A stretch of 64,000 nucleotides of DNA from Candidatus Latescibacterota bacterium (GTDB lineage Bacteria > Latescibacterota > UBA2968 > GCA-2709665). The position numbers and the translations under genes are program-made. Of this stretch, positions 39,546 to 48,613 are shown piece after piece. The stretch lies in the NCBI GenBank assembly GCA_965248435.1, contig OZ252100.1, positions 3,168,001 to 3,232,000 of the forward strand, in the 5' to 3' direction. The notes beneath the pieces were generated by a model, which ran no database searches, had not been told where the DNA came from, and saw only the letters and a list, made by a program, of their open reading frames with translations. Every line of letters starts with the position of its first letter. Position 1 is the stretch's first letter.

Positions 39546-40696
39546 CTACGTCTGGAGATAGATGAGGTCTCCCTCTTCTACCAGGTGATGGAGACTGACG
39601 ACCTGACCGGGCTGCACTACAGAGCTTCCCCACACTCTGGCCGATTTTAGGGGTGTGTCTCTCAGCAAGGTCGATTCGGCCGCAATCTCTTCCACCGAAC
39701 TCGCTCGGGGCTCGAGGTGCGGTGTCCGCTCGGCATCGGTCGCTGGTTTCTCGGCAATGTAGACACGAATGAGCCCGAGCAGCTCCAGCAAGGCTTCGAG
39801 GACCTGCTCAGACTGGGCTTCGCCAAAAAATCCGTCTGCAGTATCCGATAGTCCGGGTAGGCAGCACGGAGGGATTCTGTCCGGGCTTCCGCATCGGCGA
39901 CATCGCGCTTGTTCGCGAGGATGATCGCTGGAATAAGCTTCTTGTGCTCGATGTGTGCACGGACTTCGTTCTCGCGAAATCCGGACCTTATGACGACCTC
40001 GGCGTGGTGGACGCCGGCTTCTGTAAGGATCGTGCTCGCCGTATTCTGTTCGGCGCGCGGGATCTCCTGCCCGGTGAACCGGACACCACCCCGTCCCTTC
40101 AGCCGGATCGTGGTCGCCAGAGGACCGGGTATGGGCTCGATGTGAGCGGCGGACAGTTCCTCGCGGACAGATTCCATCTGCACGCGCGGGTCTCCCGACA
40201 GGTCCGCCACGATCGCGACGGCATCTGCAGATCCGATCAGGTGAAGCAGCGCCCGACCAGCGCCCTCACCCTCGGAGAGCCCCGCTACGATCGGAGGGGT
40301 GTCCACGAGCTGGAGGGCGCCGCCCTCGCAGGCCAACATTCCGGGTACCGGCTGCTGCGTAGCGAAGGGGTAATCGGCGATAACTGTCGGCGCGCCCGTG
40401 AGCGCGTAGACCAGGGCAGACTTGCCGCTGTTGGGCATGCCGATCATTGCAACCTGGGCCGCGCCCTGACGTTTGACGTGTAGCGAGGCGGTGTGGTCGC
40501 GGGACCGCACGGATTGAGTGGTTTCGAGCTTCTGCGCCAGTTTGAGCAGTCGCTTCTTCAGATCGGCATAGGGGCCCCTCCACGAATCGTGCCAGCCGTC
40601 GAGGTAACGCTGCACGATGCGGAGTTGCTCGCGCTCTGTTTTGTCGCCGATCTCCTTCTGGATTTTCGTCCACAGATCTCTGGCCGGCATCGGCAT
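39546..40696 (-). CDS. DRG/OBG-family GTPase with C-terminal TGS domain, frameshifted near 39825-39830
   Basis: GMPNSGKS, DYPFAT, DTPP, NKRD; TGS-like tail (LIRVY...ARVWGSS..PGQVV..H.VEEGD) lies in the -1 frame after a T6 run. Confidence 0.78.
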
Positions 40697-40702
40697 GTCG
40701 AT

Positions 40703-41671
40703 TCACTCCCCAGACGTCGCGCTCAGGATACGTCGCCTCTTATCCTGGTCCTCCGCCTCGTAGTACAACCTGCATCGGCCGTCGTCGAGACCGATGACGC
40801 AGGGCTCCGATACCATACCGCAGTCGAGTGGGCGGTCGAGATCCAGGAGCGGGCCTGCATCCTTCATCCAGTTCAACCCATTCGTGGAAGAGCCGCTGAA
40901 GATCCCACCGCGTATTTTGTCACTCCAGCCCGAATAGTAGATACGATAGCTGCCGTCGGCCAGGCGGATCACCTCTGGCGCATAAACCGCGTAGGATTCC
41001 CGCTCCGCGTCCTCCTGCGGAACGCGAATACCGGGCTCGATCTCGAACTGCAGGCCATCGCCCGAGACAGCGCTGATGATGTGGTTCCGAGCTCCGAGAC
41101 CGGATTGCATCGGGTAGGAGTAGTGATGAAAGTAGAGCCGGTAACCCAGCCCTGTCGGTGATTCGGGATCTTCCACATAGATACACCTCGGGGAACCGAA
41201 GGACCACTCAGGATCTGCGACTCGAACGCCTGCTTCCCGTTCCCATTCCAGGCCGTCTGTGGATATGGCGCTGAGGACCACTGACGGCCCCTTGCTCGAT
41301 CTGGCCTCGAAGTACATTCGCCAGCGACAATCCGGAAGCGGGATCACGTCGGGGCAGAGGACCCTGCGCGATGCGTTGGGCTCGTGGGCGTCCAGCCTGA
41401 TTCCTGGCTCTTTCTGCCAGTTCAACCCGTCAGTCGAAAGAGCGCTGAGAATGTAGCCCTGCGAAGCTTCTACGGGTCGTTCGGGGCCGAGGCCGGTGTA
41501 GTAGATGCGAAATCCGCCCTGCGGGAGTCGCACGACATTGGGCGTGAGGATGCTGAGTGAATCGAGGGGTGAGTCGGGGCCGATAGAGACCTCCGGGTCC
41601 TTTACCCAGATCAGTCCCGGATCGTCCGCAATGTAGTGAACCGACTGGAGGCCTGAGAAATCGGTGTTCAT
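40703..41671 (-). CDS. Five-bladed beta-propeller (GH32/43-like) repeat protein
   Basis: Repeated P.V..L.DG.R.YY...S.DGL.W.KEPGIR blades. Confidence 0.72.
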   Translation of the reverse strand: MNTDFSGLQSVHYIADDPGLIWVKDPEVSIGPDSPLDSLSILTPNVVRLPQGGFRIYYTGLGPERPVEASQGYILSALSTDGLNWQKEPGIRLDAHEPNASRRVLCPDVIPLPDCRWRMYFEARSSKGPSVVLSAISTDGLEWEREAGVRVADPEWSFGSPRCIYVEDPESPTGLGYRLYFHHYSYPMQSGLGARNHIISAVSGDGLQFEIEPGIRVPQEDAERESYAVYAPEVIRLADGSYRIYYSGWSDKIRGGIFSGSSTNGLNWMKDAGPLLDLDRPLDCGMVSEPCVIGLDDGRCRLYYEAEDQDKRRRILSATSGE

Positions 41672-41675
41672 GATC

Positions 41676-43271
41676 TTACTGACCGCTCACCTGTAACGAA
41701 TAAAGCCTTGCGTCTCGCATCCTGAACCGGATCCGTAAGGGGAAGAGCCCGCCGATATCCTCTCGCCCTTTCCAGGAAAAGGTATGCCGGATGCTGTCGC
41801 CCGTAAATGCGTCGCAATCTGCCTGCCCGAATCCCTGGATGACCCGACCGTCAGAGTCGGTGAGTTCCGCAGTGATATACTCCTTCGTTTCCGCGTTGAC
41901 CACCAGACGATTCCCAGTGGACCAGAGCGGCCTGGTGAGCAGCGTAGATTGATATGGCACGCCCTTTGAGTCCTCTCCCTTCCGTTTGATTCCATCCAGG
42001 GACACAAACCCGTCCAACCTGAGCGTGGCCAGGCCGATCGATTGACAGGCGTAGTCGTTTCGCAGGGTGAAGCCGGTATAGTAGATGTGAATCCTGTCAT
42101 CCCGGACGACAAAACAGCTCGGCTGGTTGGTCAGTTCCTCCCATCCCGCGTCGGGATCCGGCACCATGAAACTCTTCCGCTCGCTCATCCGTTCCCAGTG
42201 CAGTCCATCCCGGCTGTATGCCAGCTGGTTGTTGGAGGCATTGCCGAAGCCATCCATCCGCCGGTTCACGCCGAGCACCGCGAGGTAGAGGCCCTCGTAG
42301 CAGAAACCGGTGATCGTCTCGAACTCGGCGTCCATCGAGTCGTCCCGGTCCGGAGCGAGGACCTGCCTGGGATGGGACCAATGGACCAGGTCTTTTGAGA
42401 AGGCTGTCGTATAGATCCGGTGCGTCCTCAATTGCAGAAAGGTGTGTCGTCCGTGGGCCGGTTTTTTGTAAAGGTTACGTGTAAACCCGACATAGAGGCT
42501 GTTTTGCCGATCGTAGAAAAACCCCACGTTCTCGTCGCCGATCCGCTGGAAGGTTCCGATGATCTCCCAGTGCAGGCCGTCTGGGGAGACCGCCACGCTC
42601 TGGTCGGGCTTTGTCTTCACAAAGCCTTTGTAACGCCATTTGCCCGGCTCAGCGTCGTGGGGATCTTTGACAAAATTGGGAACCAGGTAACAATATGTAA
42701 CACCATCCTTCTTGTAGACAATGTTGTTGGCTGCGCTGCCGTCAAACTCGACCAGGCCCAAATCGGGCTTCTCCCATTCAACCCCATCTTTTGACGTGGC
42801 ATAGAGGGTAAAACAGCCGACGTTTGCCAGATCTCCTTTCGCGTCACTGCCGCCTCCTTCGAGCCCGCCGAGGGTTCCGTACCACATCTTCCATATCTCT
42901 TCTTCCTCGTCGAACATCACGAAGGGATTCAAAATCTGCCATCGCTCCGCCGAAGGACCCTCCCAGGGACGGTCTCTCGTCACGATCGGATTTCCTGGAT
43001 GCTTCACGGGACGATGCTGGGTGCGGCGAATGTGATGCGTCCCCATCAGCACGTGTCCCGGAATTCCTGCCGACAGATCCGTACCTCTATCCGATTCAAC
43101 ACGGTGTAGGGCCTCCGTTTCCTTCGGGGTCTCCACAAGGAGCGCGGCAGACTTGCTTGGGTGCGGAGTAACCCAGCGGCGGGTCTCAATGATCTCGTCG
43201 TCGAAAAACAACTGTTTTCGACTACCGACATTTATGATGTGTTCAGACCCAGGTACCTCGGTCCAATTCAA
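41676..43271 (-). CDS. GH32-like beta-propeller hypothetical protein
   Basis: KQLFFDD, ATSKDGVEWEKPDLG, SPDGLHW, LATLRLDGFVSL. Confidence 0.75.
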   Translation of the reverse strand: MNWTEVPGSEHIINVGSRKQLFFDDEIIETRRWVTPHPSKSAALLVETPKETEALHRVESDRGTDLSAGIPGHVLMGTHHIRRTQHRPVKHPGNPIVTRDRPWEGPSAERWQILNPFVMFDEEEEIWKMWYGTLGGLEGGGSDAKGDLANVGCFTLYATSKDGVEWEKPDLGLVEFDGSAANNIVYKKDGVTYCYLVPNFVKDPHDAEPGKWRYKGFVKTKPDQSVAVSPDGLHWEIIGTFQRIGDENVGFFYDRQNSLYVGFTRNLYKKPAHGRHTFLQLRTHRIYTTAFSKDLVHWSHPRQVLAPDRDDSMDAEFETITGFCYEGLYLAVLGVNRRMDGFGNASNNQLAYSRDGLHWERMSERKSFMVPDPDAGWEELTNQPSCFVVRDDRIHIYYTGFTLRNDYACQSIGLATLRLDGFVSLDGIKRKGEDSKGVPYQSTLLTRPLWSTGNRLVVNAETKEYITAELTDSDGRVIQGFGQADCDAFTGDSIRHTFSWKGREDIGGLFPLRIRFRMRDARLYSLQVSGQ

Positions 43272-43379
43272 AATAGCCCCCTTCTTCTTGTAGATGGAGT
43301 ATAGCGAGAAATGCGGTGAGAATACCGCCCACGGGCAGTCCAGGTTGTCGCAGAACGGCCCTTATTTATCCCGAATGAA

Positions 43380-44960
43380 TCAATCTCCTAATTCCGTTTT
43401 AACTTTAGCCGCAAGAACGCCCGCCAGGCCCTTGCCCATGCGACTTTCGAATGCGGCGGCGAGTTCGGTTTCGGTCTTGTCTGCTGCGAAGTTCTGGAGG
43501 AAGCGGTCCTGGACGTCGAAAGCCCGACGGGTGACTTCTTCGGGGTCGACCTGGCTGTGGAGGATGGTTTCGAGATCATGAACGATGTTCTGGACGTCGG
43601 GATCATCGATGCGGTTGTCGAATTCGTCGGGGTCCTCTTTGAGGTTGAAAAGGAGGTCGTCGTACCAGGTGAAGTGGATGTTTTTCCAGTCGCCTTTGCG
43701 GATCATAAAGGAGCCGGTGCAATTGCCCTGGGAGTGGTTTTCGGTGTAGGCGAAGCCGGGATGATCGCCGGAATCGCCGTTGAGCATGGGGAGGAGGGAG
43801 TGGCCTCTGAGTTCTGTGGGTCTGTCCTGTCCGGCGAGGTCGAGCATTGTGGCGATGAGGTCGACGTGGGCGACGGGGGTGTCGATGGTTTGCCCGGATG
43901 GGACGCCTGGACCGGCGATGACGAGGGGGATGTGGGCTGAATTTTCGTAGAGGTTGTTCTTGTTCCACATACCGTGTTCGCCCAGGCTCTCGCCGTGGTC
44001 CGAGGTGTAGATGAAGAAGGTGTTGTCGAGTTGGCCGGTTTGTTCGAGGGCGGTGTAGACGTTGCCGATGTATTCGTCGAGTTCGGTGATCATACCGTAG
44101 TAGCCGGCCCGGGCGCGGCGGATGCGGTCTTCGGCGATGGGGGTAGCGACGAGCTTGAAGTGGCGGAGGGCCTGGTGGACGAGGTGGAGGGTTTCGAGGT
44201 CGTCCTGGCGGAGGTCGGGCATGTCGATCTGGTCGAGGGGGTAAAGGTCGTAGTATTCCTGGAGGGCGACAAAGCCGGGGTGGGGCTGGCTGAGGCCGAG
44301 GTGGAGGGCCCAGGGGCGATCCAGGGTGCCGGCTTCGCGGGTGATGAAGTCGACTGCAGTGGCGGTTTTTCTGGCGTCGTAGGGGTGGCGGGTGTCCCGG
44401 GGACGGCCATCAACCATCGGTCGGGTGTTGATGCGGTAGGCCACAGCGCGGCGGAAAAGGGCGGCGATGTCGGGGGAGTATTTGTGGCCGTGGCTGGTGT
44501 CCACTTCTTCAAAACCCAAGTCGAAGGCGTCGTCAAGGTCCAGTTTGCCAATGGCGCGGCAGTAGTAACCGGCTTCTGTGAGGTGGGTGCCCCAGGTAGG
44601 GTGGGAGCCGTCCCAGAGGGTGGAGTTGCAGAAGGAGTTGCAGTCGGAAGGATAGACGCCGGTCATCAGACAGGCTCTGCCGGGGACGCAGACGGGACTG
44701 CCGCAGTAGGCACTGGTGAAGACGGTGCCCTGCCGGGCGATGCGATCCAGGTTGGGCGATTGAACAAGGGGGTGCCCGGCATACCCGGTGTATTTGTGGG
44801 CGTGCTGATCGGAGCAGAAGTAGACGATGTTGGGACGTTTGCGAGGGCTCTCGGCGGCATCGACCCGTCCAGAGATGCCCGTCATAACCGCAACTCCGGA
44901 CAGGGCGCCCGTAAATTCGCGGCTAATTTTGGATAAGTGTTCAATGTGGTTTTTAGGCAT
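43380..44960 (-). CDS. Formylglycine-dependent sulfatase (choline-sulfatase-like)
   Basis: PNIVYFCSDQH, CVPGRA, SDHGE, LYENSAHIPL. Confidence 0.93.
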   Translation of the reverse strand: MPKNHIEHLSKISREFTGALSGVAVMTGISGRVDAAESPRKRPNIVYFCSDQHAHKYTGYAGHPLVQSPNLDRIARQGTVFTSAYCGSPVCVPGRACLMTGVYPSDCNSFCNSTLWDGSHPTWGTHLTEAGYYCRAIGKLDLDDAFDLGFEEVDTSHGHKYSPDIAALFRRAVAYRINTRPMVDGRPRDTRHPYDARKTATAVDFITREAGTLDRPWALHLGLSQPHPGFVALQEYYDLYPLDQIDMPDLRQDDLETLHLVHQALRHFKLVATPIAEDRIRRARAGYYGMITELDEYIGNVYTALEQTGQLDNTFFIYTSDHGESLGEHGMWNKNNLYENSAHIPLVIAGPGVPSGQTIDTPVAHVDLIATMLDLAGQDRPTELRGHSLLPMLNGDSGDHPGFAYTENHSQGNCTGSFMIRKGDWKNIHFTWYDDLLFNLKEDPDEFDNRIDDPDVQNIVHDLETILHSQVDPEEVTRRAFDVQDRFLQNFAADKTETELAAAFESRMGKGLAGVLAAKVKTELGD

Positions 44961-45060
44961 TTGCGGATGTAATCACGAACCAATGGAAAATCAGACGCAG
45001 CCGAAGCCCATGATCGGGCTCGGGTTTGGATTCCATGAGCCTCGGCAAATGCTTCTGTCC

Positions 45061-45558
45061 TTAAAGCTTTTGGTAAAGCCTAACAACCGGTAATTCTGTG
45101 ACGAACCCGACCTTCCGGTAGGCCCCATAGGCGGGTGCGTGTGCAGGATCGCCGCCTGTCTCGACCTTGACGTGGCGCATGCCGGCCTCTCTCAGATCCT
45201 GGATGGCGGCGTGATACAAGTCGGAGGCAATGCCGCGTTTCTGGTAATGAGGGTGAACCGCATTATTGCCAATCTCTCCAACTTGTGTTTTGTCATCCGG
45301 GTAATATGAAACGAACCCGACGACTTCTCCAGCGAGCTCAGCTACGAGGACGCGGGCGTTTTGTTTGCCCTCGCATGCCTGCTGGACCTGTTCCCTCTTC
45401 CTGTCTTCCCAATTGGTGTAGAGTGAGGCATAGAGGTCAGCATCCAGTGTATCCTTGCGAAACTGGTAAATCGGCTGCCAGGCCGTGACCGCAATCTCGA
45501 GAACTTTCTCGAGATCACTACCCTTGAACGCTCTTAGTGAGACAGTTATCGAATTCAC
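45061..45558 (-). CDS. GNAT acetyltransferase
   Basis: NAVHPHYQKRGIA, AYRKVGF; start uncertain. Confidence 0.88.
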   Translation of the reverse strand: MNSITVSLRAFKGSDLEKVLEIAVTAWQPIYQFRKDTLDADLYASLYTNWEDRKREQVQQACEGKQNARVLVAELAGEVVGFVSYYPDDKTQVGEIGNNAVHPHYQKRGIASDLYHAAIQDLREAGMRHVKVETGGDPAHAPAYGAYRKVGFVTELPVVRLYQKL

Positions 45559-45587
45559 TTTTGATACCTTTCATAAGGAAAAGCGTC

Positions 45588-45851
45588 CTAGACGTCTATT
45601 CCGTTCTCTTTCAGAAACAGGATGACTTGGTCAAGGTCCTGTACGTCATGATCGATGACTGCTTTGTAAATATGTATCCCGCTGAACATCGGCGTGCGAC
45701 CCTCGGAAGTAAGGAGACGCTGTTTAAAGTCGAGAATTCTGTGGCGGTGTTCGGCGGTCATGCGCTCTTTATAGTCGATTAGGACGGCCTGCTTCTTCTG
45801 TATGACGGACTCCGGCAGAGACCAGATGTCGAATCGAAGGGGGGTTGGCAT
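45588..45851 (-). pseudogene. C-terminal part of a split nucleotidyltransferase-like gene, with a new 7-aa N-terminus
   Basis: DIWSL...RTPMFSG..IYKA continues the WKI of ORF 47101-47430 (WKI|DIW). Confidence 0.6.
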
Positions 45852-45877
45852 AGGAGGTTCCGGCTGGTCGGCGTACG

Positions 45878-45906
45878 AGATTAGCCGCGACTCCCCCTCC
45901 TGTCAA
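45878..45906 (-). promoter_or_regulatory. Sigma70 promoter at the end of the inserted segment
   Basis: Minus strand TTGACA-N17-TAATCT. Confidence 0.6.
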
Positions 45907-45922
45907 GCGACAATTCCCTGAA

Positions 45923-46855
45923 CTAATCTGGGACGAGCTCGTGCAGGTCTTCGATCCACCGAAAGCCGGAGCCGTCCGTCCGCCGGTGGGCTCCTCCCAT
46001 TACAAAAATCCGATTGTCGACAAGCGCAGATGCCATCCAGCCCTTTGCCACGGGCATCGGCGTTTCGGACGACCAGGAGTCTTCATCGACGTCGTAGACC
46101 TCCACCTCATTGTAGTAGTGCGTCGGTCTTCGCCCTCCGAACACATAGATCTTCCTGCCCGCGGCCAGCACCCCTGGGCTGCCCCGCCCCGTGGGGATCG
46201 GAGCGAGCGACTCCCATTCCTCGGAAGGCGGTTCCAGGACGAATGTTTTGTCGCACGGCTCCCTGTTCGGACCGCCGAAGCCGGCGGTGACGTAGATCCG
46301 GTCGTCTATCGTTGCCACCGCAGGACCCTGTAGACCCAGCGGCAGGGAGGGACCGAGCTCCCAGCCTCCGGTTGCTGGATCGAACACCTCGACGCTGTCC
46401 AGATGCGTTCCGTCGTTGGACCTCTCGTTGTCCATCGAGTTGCCGCCGATCGCGTAGATCTTTCCCTTGCAGACCGTGGCGACGAGTCCAGCCCGCGGTC
46501 GGCTCAGCGGGGTCTCAGAAGACCACGTTCCCTTCTCGACGTCGAGCCGATCCACGGTGTTTCGGATCACGAACTCTCGGTCGTCGCCTGTTTCACGCCT
46601 TTCGGACTCCGGGCGGACCCGCTTGCCGGCGATCGCGTAGATGGATCCGCCGAGAAGGGCCGCTCCGAACCACCCGCGACGCGTGGGGATCGAGGGACCC
46701 GGTGTCCAACTGTCCGATTCCGCATCGTATACTTCGACGACGCTCAGGGTTTCGTCATCGGCTCCAGAGATCGCGTAGATCTTCGAGCCGACGGCGACCG
46801 CCTGCAGATCGTGGCGCGGCGTCGGCATCGATCGACGCTGTACCCAACTGCTCAT
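45923..46855 (-). CDS. Kelch-repeat protein
   Basis: Six repeats of IYAIGG...VEVYD....W. Confidence 0.92.
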   Translation of the reverse strand: MSSWVQRRSMPTPRHDLQAVAVGSKIYAISGADDETLSVVEVYDAESDSWTPGPSIPTRRGWFGAALLGGSIYAIAGKRVRPESERRETGDDREFVIRNTVDRLDVEKGTWSSETPLSRPRAGLVATVCKGKIYAIGGNSMDNERSNDGTHLDSVEVFDPATGGWELGPSLPLGLQGPAVATIDDRIYVTAGFGGPNREPCDKTFVLEPPSEEWESLAPIPTGRGSPGVLAAGRKIYVFGGRRPTHYYNEVEVYDVDEDSWSSETPMPVAKGWMASALVDNRIFVMGGAHRRTDGSGFRWIEDLHELVPD

Positions 46856-46883
46856 CGCGACTCCGCTGGTTCCAGGACATTCC

Positions 46884-47066
46884 TCATGCGATTCCGACCC
46901 TCAGTTGCTGGACCTCGGCCAGCATATGCTGGAGCTTCGCTGCATCGAACGGCTTTGCAACCACGACGTCGATGCTTGGGCTCTTCTCGGCATCCGTGCC
47001 ATGGTACTCCCAACCCGAACCTTCCAGCTCCTTGACATCGAGATCAGGCAGTTTGGTCGTCGCCAA
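46884..47066 (-). CDS. Small hypothetical protein (60 aa)
   Basis: TTG start after an AGGAG SD; fills the gap on the coding strand. Confidence 0.4.
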   Translation of the reverse strand: MATTKLPDLDVKELEGSGWEYHGTDAEKSPSIDVVVAKPFDAAKLQHMLAEVQQLRVGIA

Positions 47067-47100
47067 TACTCCTAAAGAAGAGAATTATGACAGTCCTTGC

Positions 47101-47430
47101 CTAGACAATCTTCCAGGGACGCTCCCAGCCCCCTCTTTCGATGACCGGCTTGAGATAGAGTCCATCCTTCAGATCGTCTCTACCGCGCTTTTGAAAGTTG
47201 ATTTTCTTGACGCAATCCAGACGCGAGAGCTGAGCCGCCACGGCCAGGAGGTTCTCGGAAGTCGTCATCGGGAGATAGAGATCTACATCGGGGTAGATCA
47301 TGAGGTCGAGAAAGTAGCTGCCAGTCGGCAGGATCTCCCCAATGCCGGCACAAAGATCACGCAGACGGATGAAATCGAGAAGTTCGTCTGCTTCTTTTAT
47401 AAGCGCTGCCGACCTTTCGGACGCCGTCAA
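47101..47430 (-). pseudogene. N-terminal part of a split nucleotidyltransferase-like gene
   Basis: GSYFLDLMIYPDVD (GS...DxD Pol-beta-like motif); stops abruptly at PWKIV*. Confidence 0.6.
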
Positions 47431-47432
47431 GG

Positions 47433-48371
47433 TCAGAGGGGCTCCCTGGCAATCGGTTTGGCGGGGTCACGCTCTTCGGCCCAGGCCCTGAGCGGGACGT
47501 CGTCCCAGTTCCCGGTGATCCAGTACTGTGACGCCGGATAAAACTCGGGAGTTTTGCCCAAAGGATCGGGACTCACGGCCATCGCGCCGAGCAGCTGGCG
47601 CCTAATGGGCGAGCTGCGCTCGATCAGCTCCGGGGCCTGCTGAATGTAGTCGGTGGGACGGAGCCATCGGTAGTGGTAGCCGATGTGCATGACCTTTCGA
47701 ATCTTGTCGGACAGGTTCGGCCCCACGGTGTGCCAGGTGGCGGTGCGCCAGAGGACAGCTGCGCCCGGCGACAGCTTCAGCTCGACCGCTTCCTCGGGAG
47801 CGATCTTCCGGTGGGTATCGCGCAGTTCCTGCGGCTTACGTTTGTGACTGCCGGGCACCATCCAGAGGTTTCCGGAGTTGGACTCGCTGAGATCGGACAG
47901 CACGTAGAACGCCTTCACTTCCATAAAGGGGAGCCGGCCGTCGAGCGAAGGCGCCTCGAAGAGGAAGTCGCCCGCCAGGTCGGGATGCCAATGGATATTG
48001 CGATAGCCGGCCTGATTGTCCTCGCCGTGTCCCCTGCCGACGTCGCCGGTCTGCATTTCCTTCGGGTAAGGCGGCCGGTAATCGAGGTGAGAGGTCCGGA
48101 TCTGGATATTCCACCCGATCGCGTCGACGACCAGAGGCAGCATTCGGGGATGGTCGATCAGGTCCAGAAAGGCGTCGTGGTGAGCAAGCAGGTTGCGAAT
48201 TGCGAAGGGGTCGTTCGTTCCCAGGCCCTCGGCTTTCTGAATCCGCTCGGTGACCTCGTCGACAGCAGAGAGGAGGCGCTCCAGTTCCTCCCGGGTAAAG
48301 AACCCTTCGAGGATGATGAATCCCTTCTCCTCGAAATCTCTTTCCTGCTGTTCGGTCATCGCGATCGACAT
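47433..48371 (-). CDS. PhyH family Fe(II)/2OG oxygenase
   Basis: FEEKGFII, WHPD, VPGSH, WHTV...R. Confidence 0.9.
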   Translation of the reverse strand: MSIAMTEQQERDFEEKGFIILEGFFTREELERLLSAVDEVTERIQKAEGLGTNDPFAIRNLLAHHDAFLDLIDHPRMLPLVVDAIGWNIQIRTSHLDYRPPYPKEMQTGDVGRGHGEDNQAGYRNIHWHPDLAGDFLFEAPSLDGRLPFMEVKAFYVLSDLSESNSGNLWMVPGSHKRKPQELRDTHRKIAPEEAVELKLSPGAAVLWRTATWHTVGPNLSDKIRKVMHIGYHYRWLRPTDYIQQAPELIERSSPIRRQLLGAMAVSPDPLGKTPEFYPASQYWITGNWDDVPLRAWAEERDPAKPIAREPL

Positions 48372-48613
48372 GTCACCCTCTCCAGAAGTGTTTTAGACTT
48401 AAACACCCTGACCTTATCCAATTCACTGTCCTTGTGAGTTCAAAATGAGCCTAATCACAACATTTCCTACTAAATTTGTCCTTTGGATAGTAGGCTGGAT
48501 AAATTGTGCCCCCGGGGGCACTCCGGCACCTTCTTCGGTGCGTTATGATTTTCAATATACTCAAAAGTCACTTTTTCGTGAACCCAATTCAGATCCTGGA
48601 TCATTATTGATAG

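Noticed and set aside
47101-47103. TAG read-through (pyrrolysine)
   Set aside because: The matching C-terminal sequence lies 1.28 kb away, not directly after the stop.
45831-47106. IS or MITE as the inserted segment
   Set aside because: No transposase, terminal inverted repeats or clear target-site duplication.
15808-48371. Integron cassette array
   Set aside because: No integrase, no recurring attC-like palindromes, and most gaps are too short.
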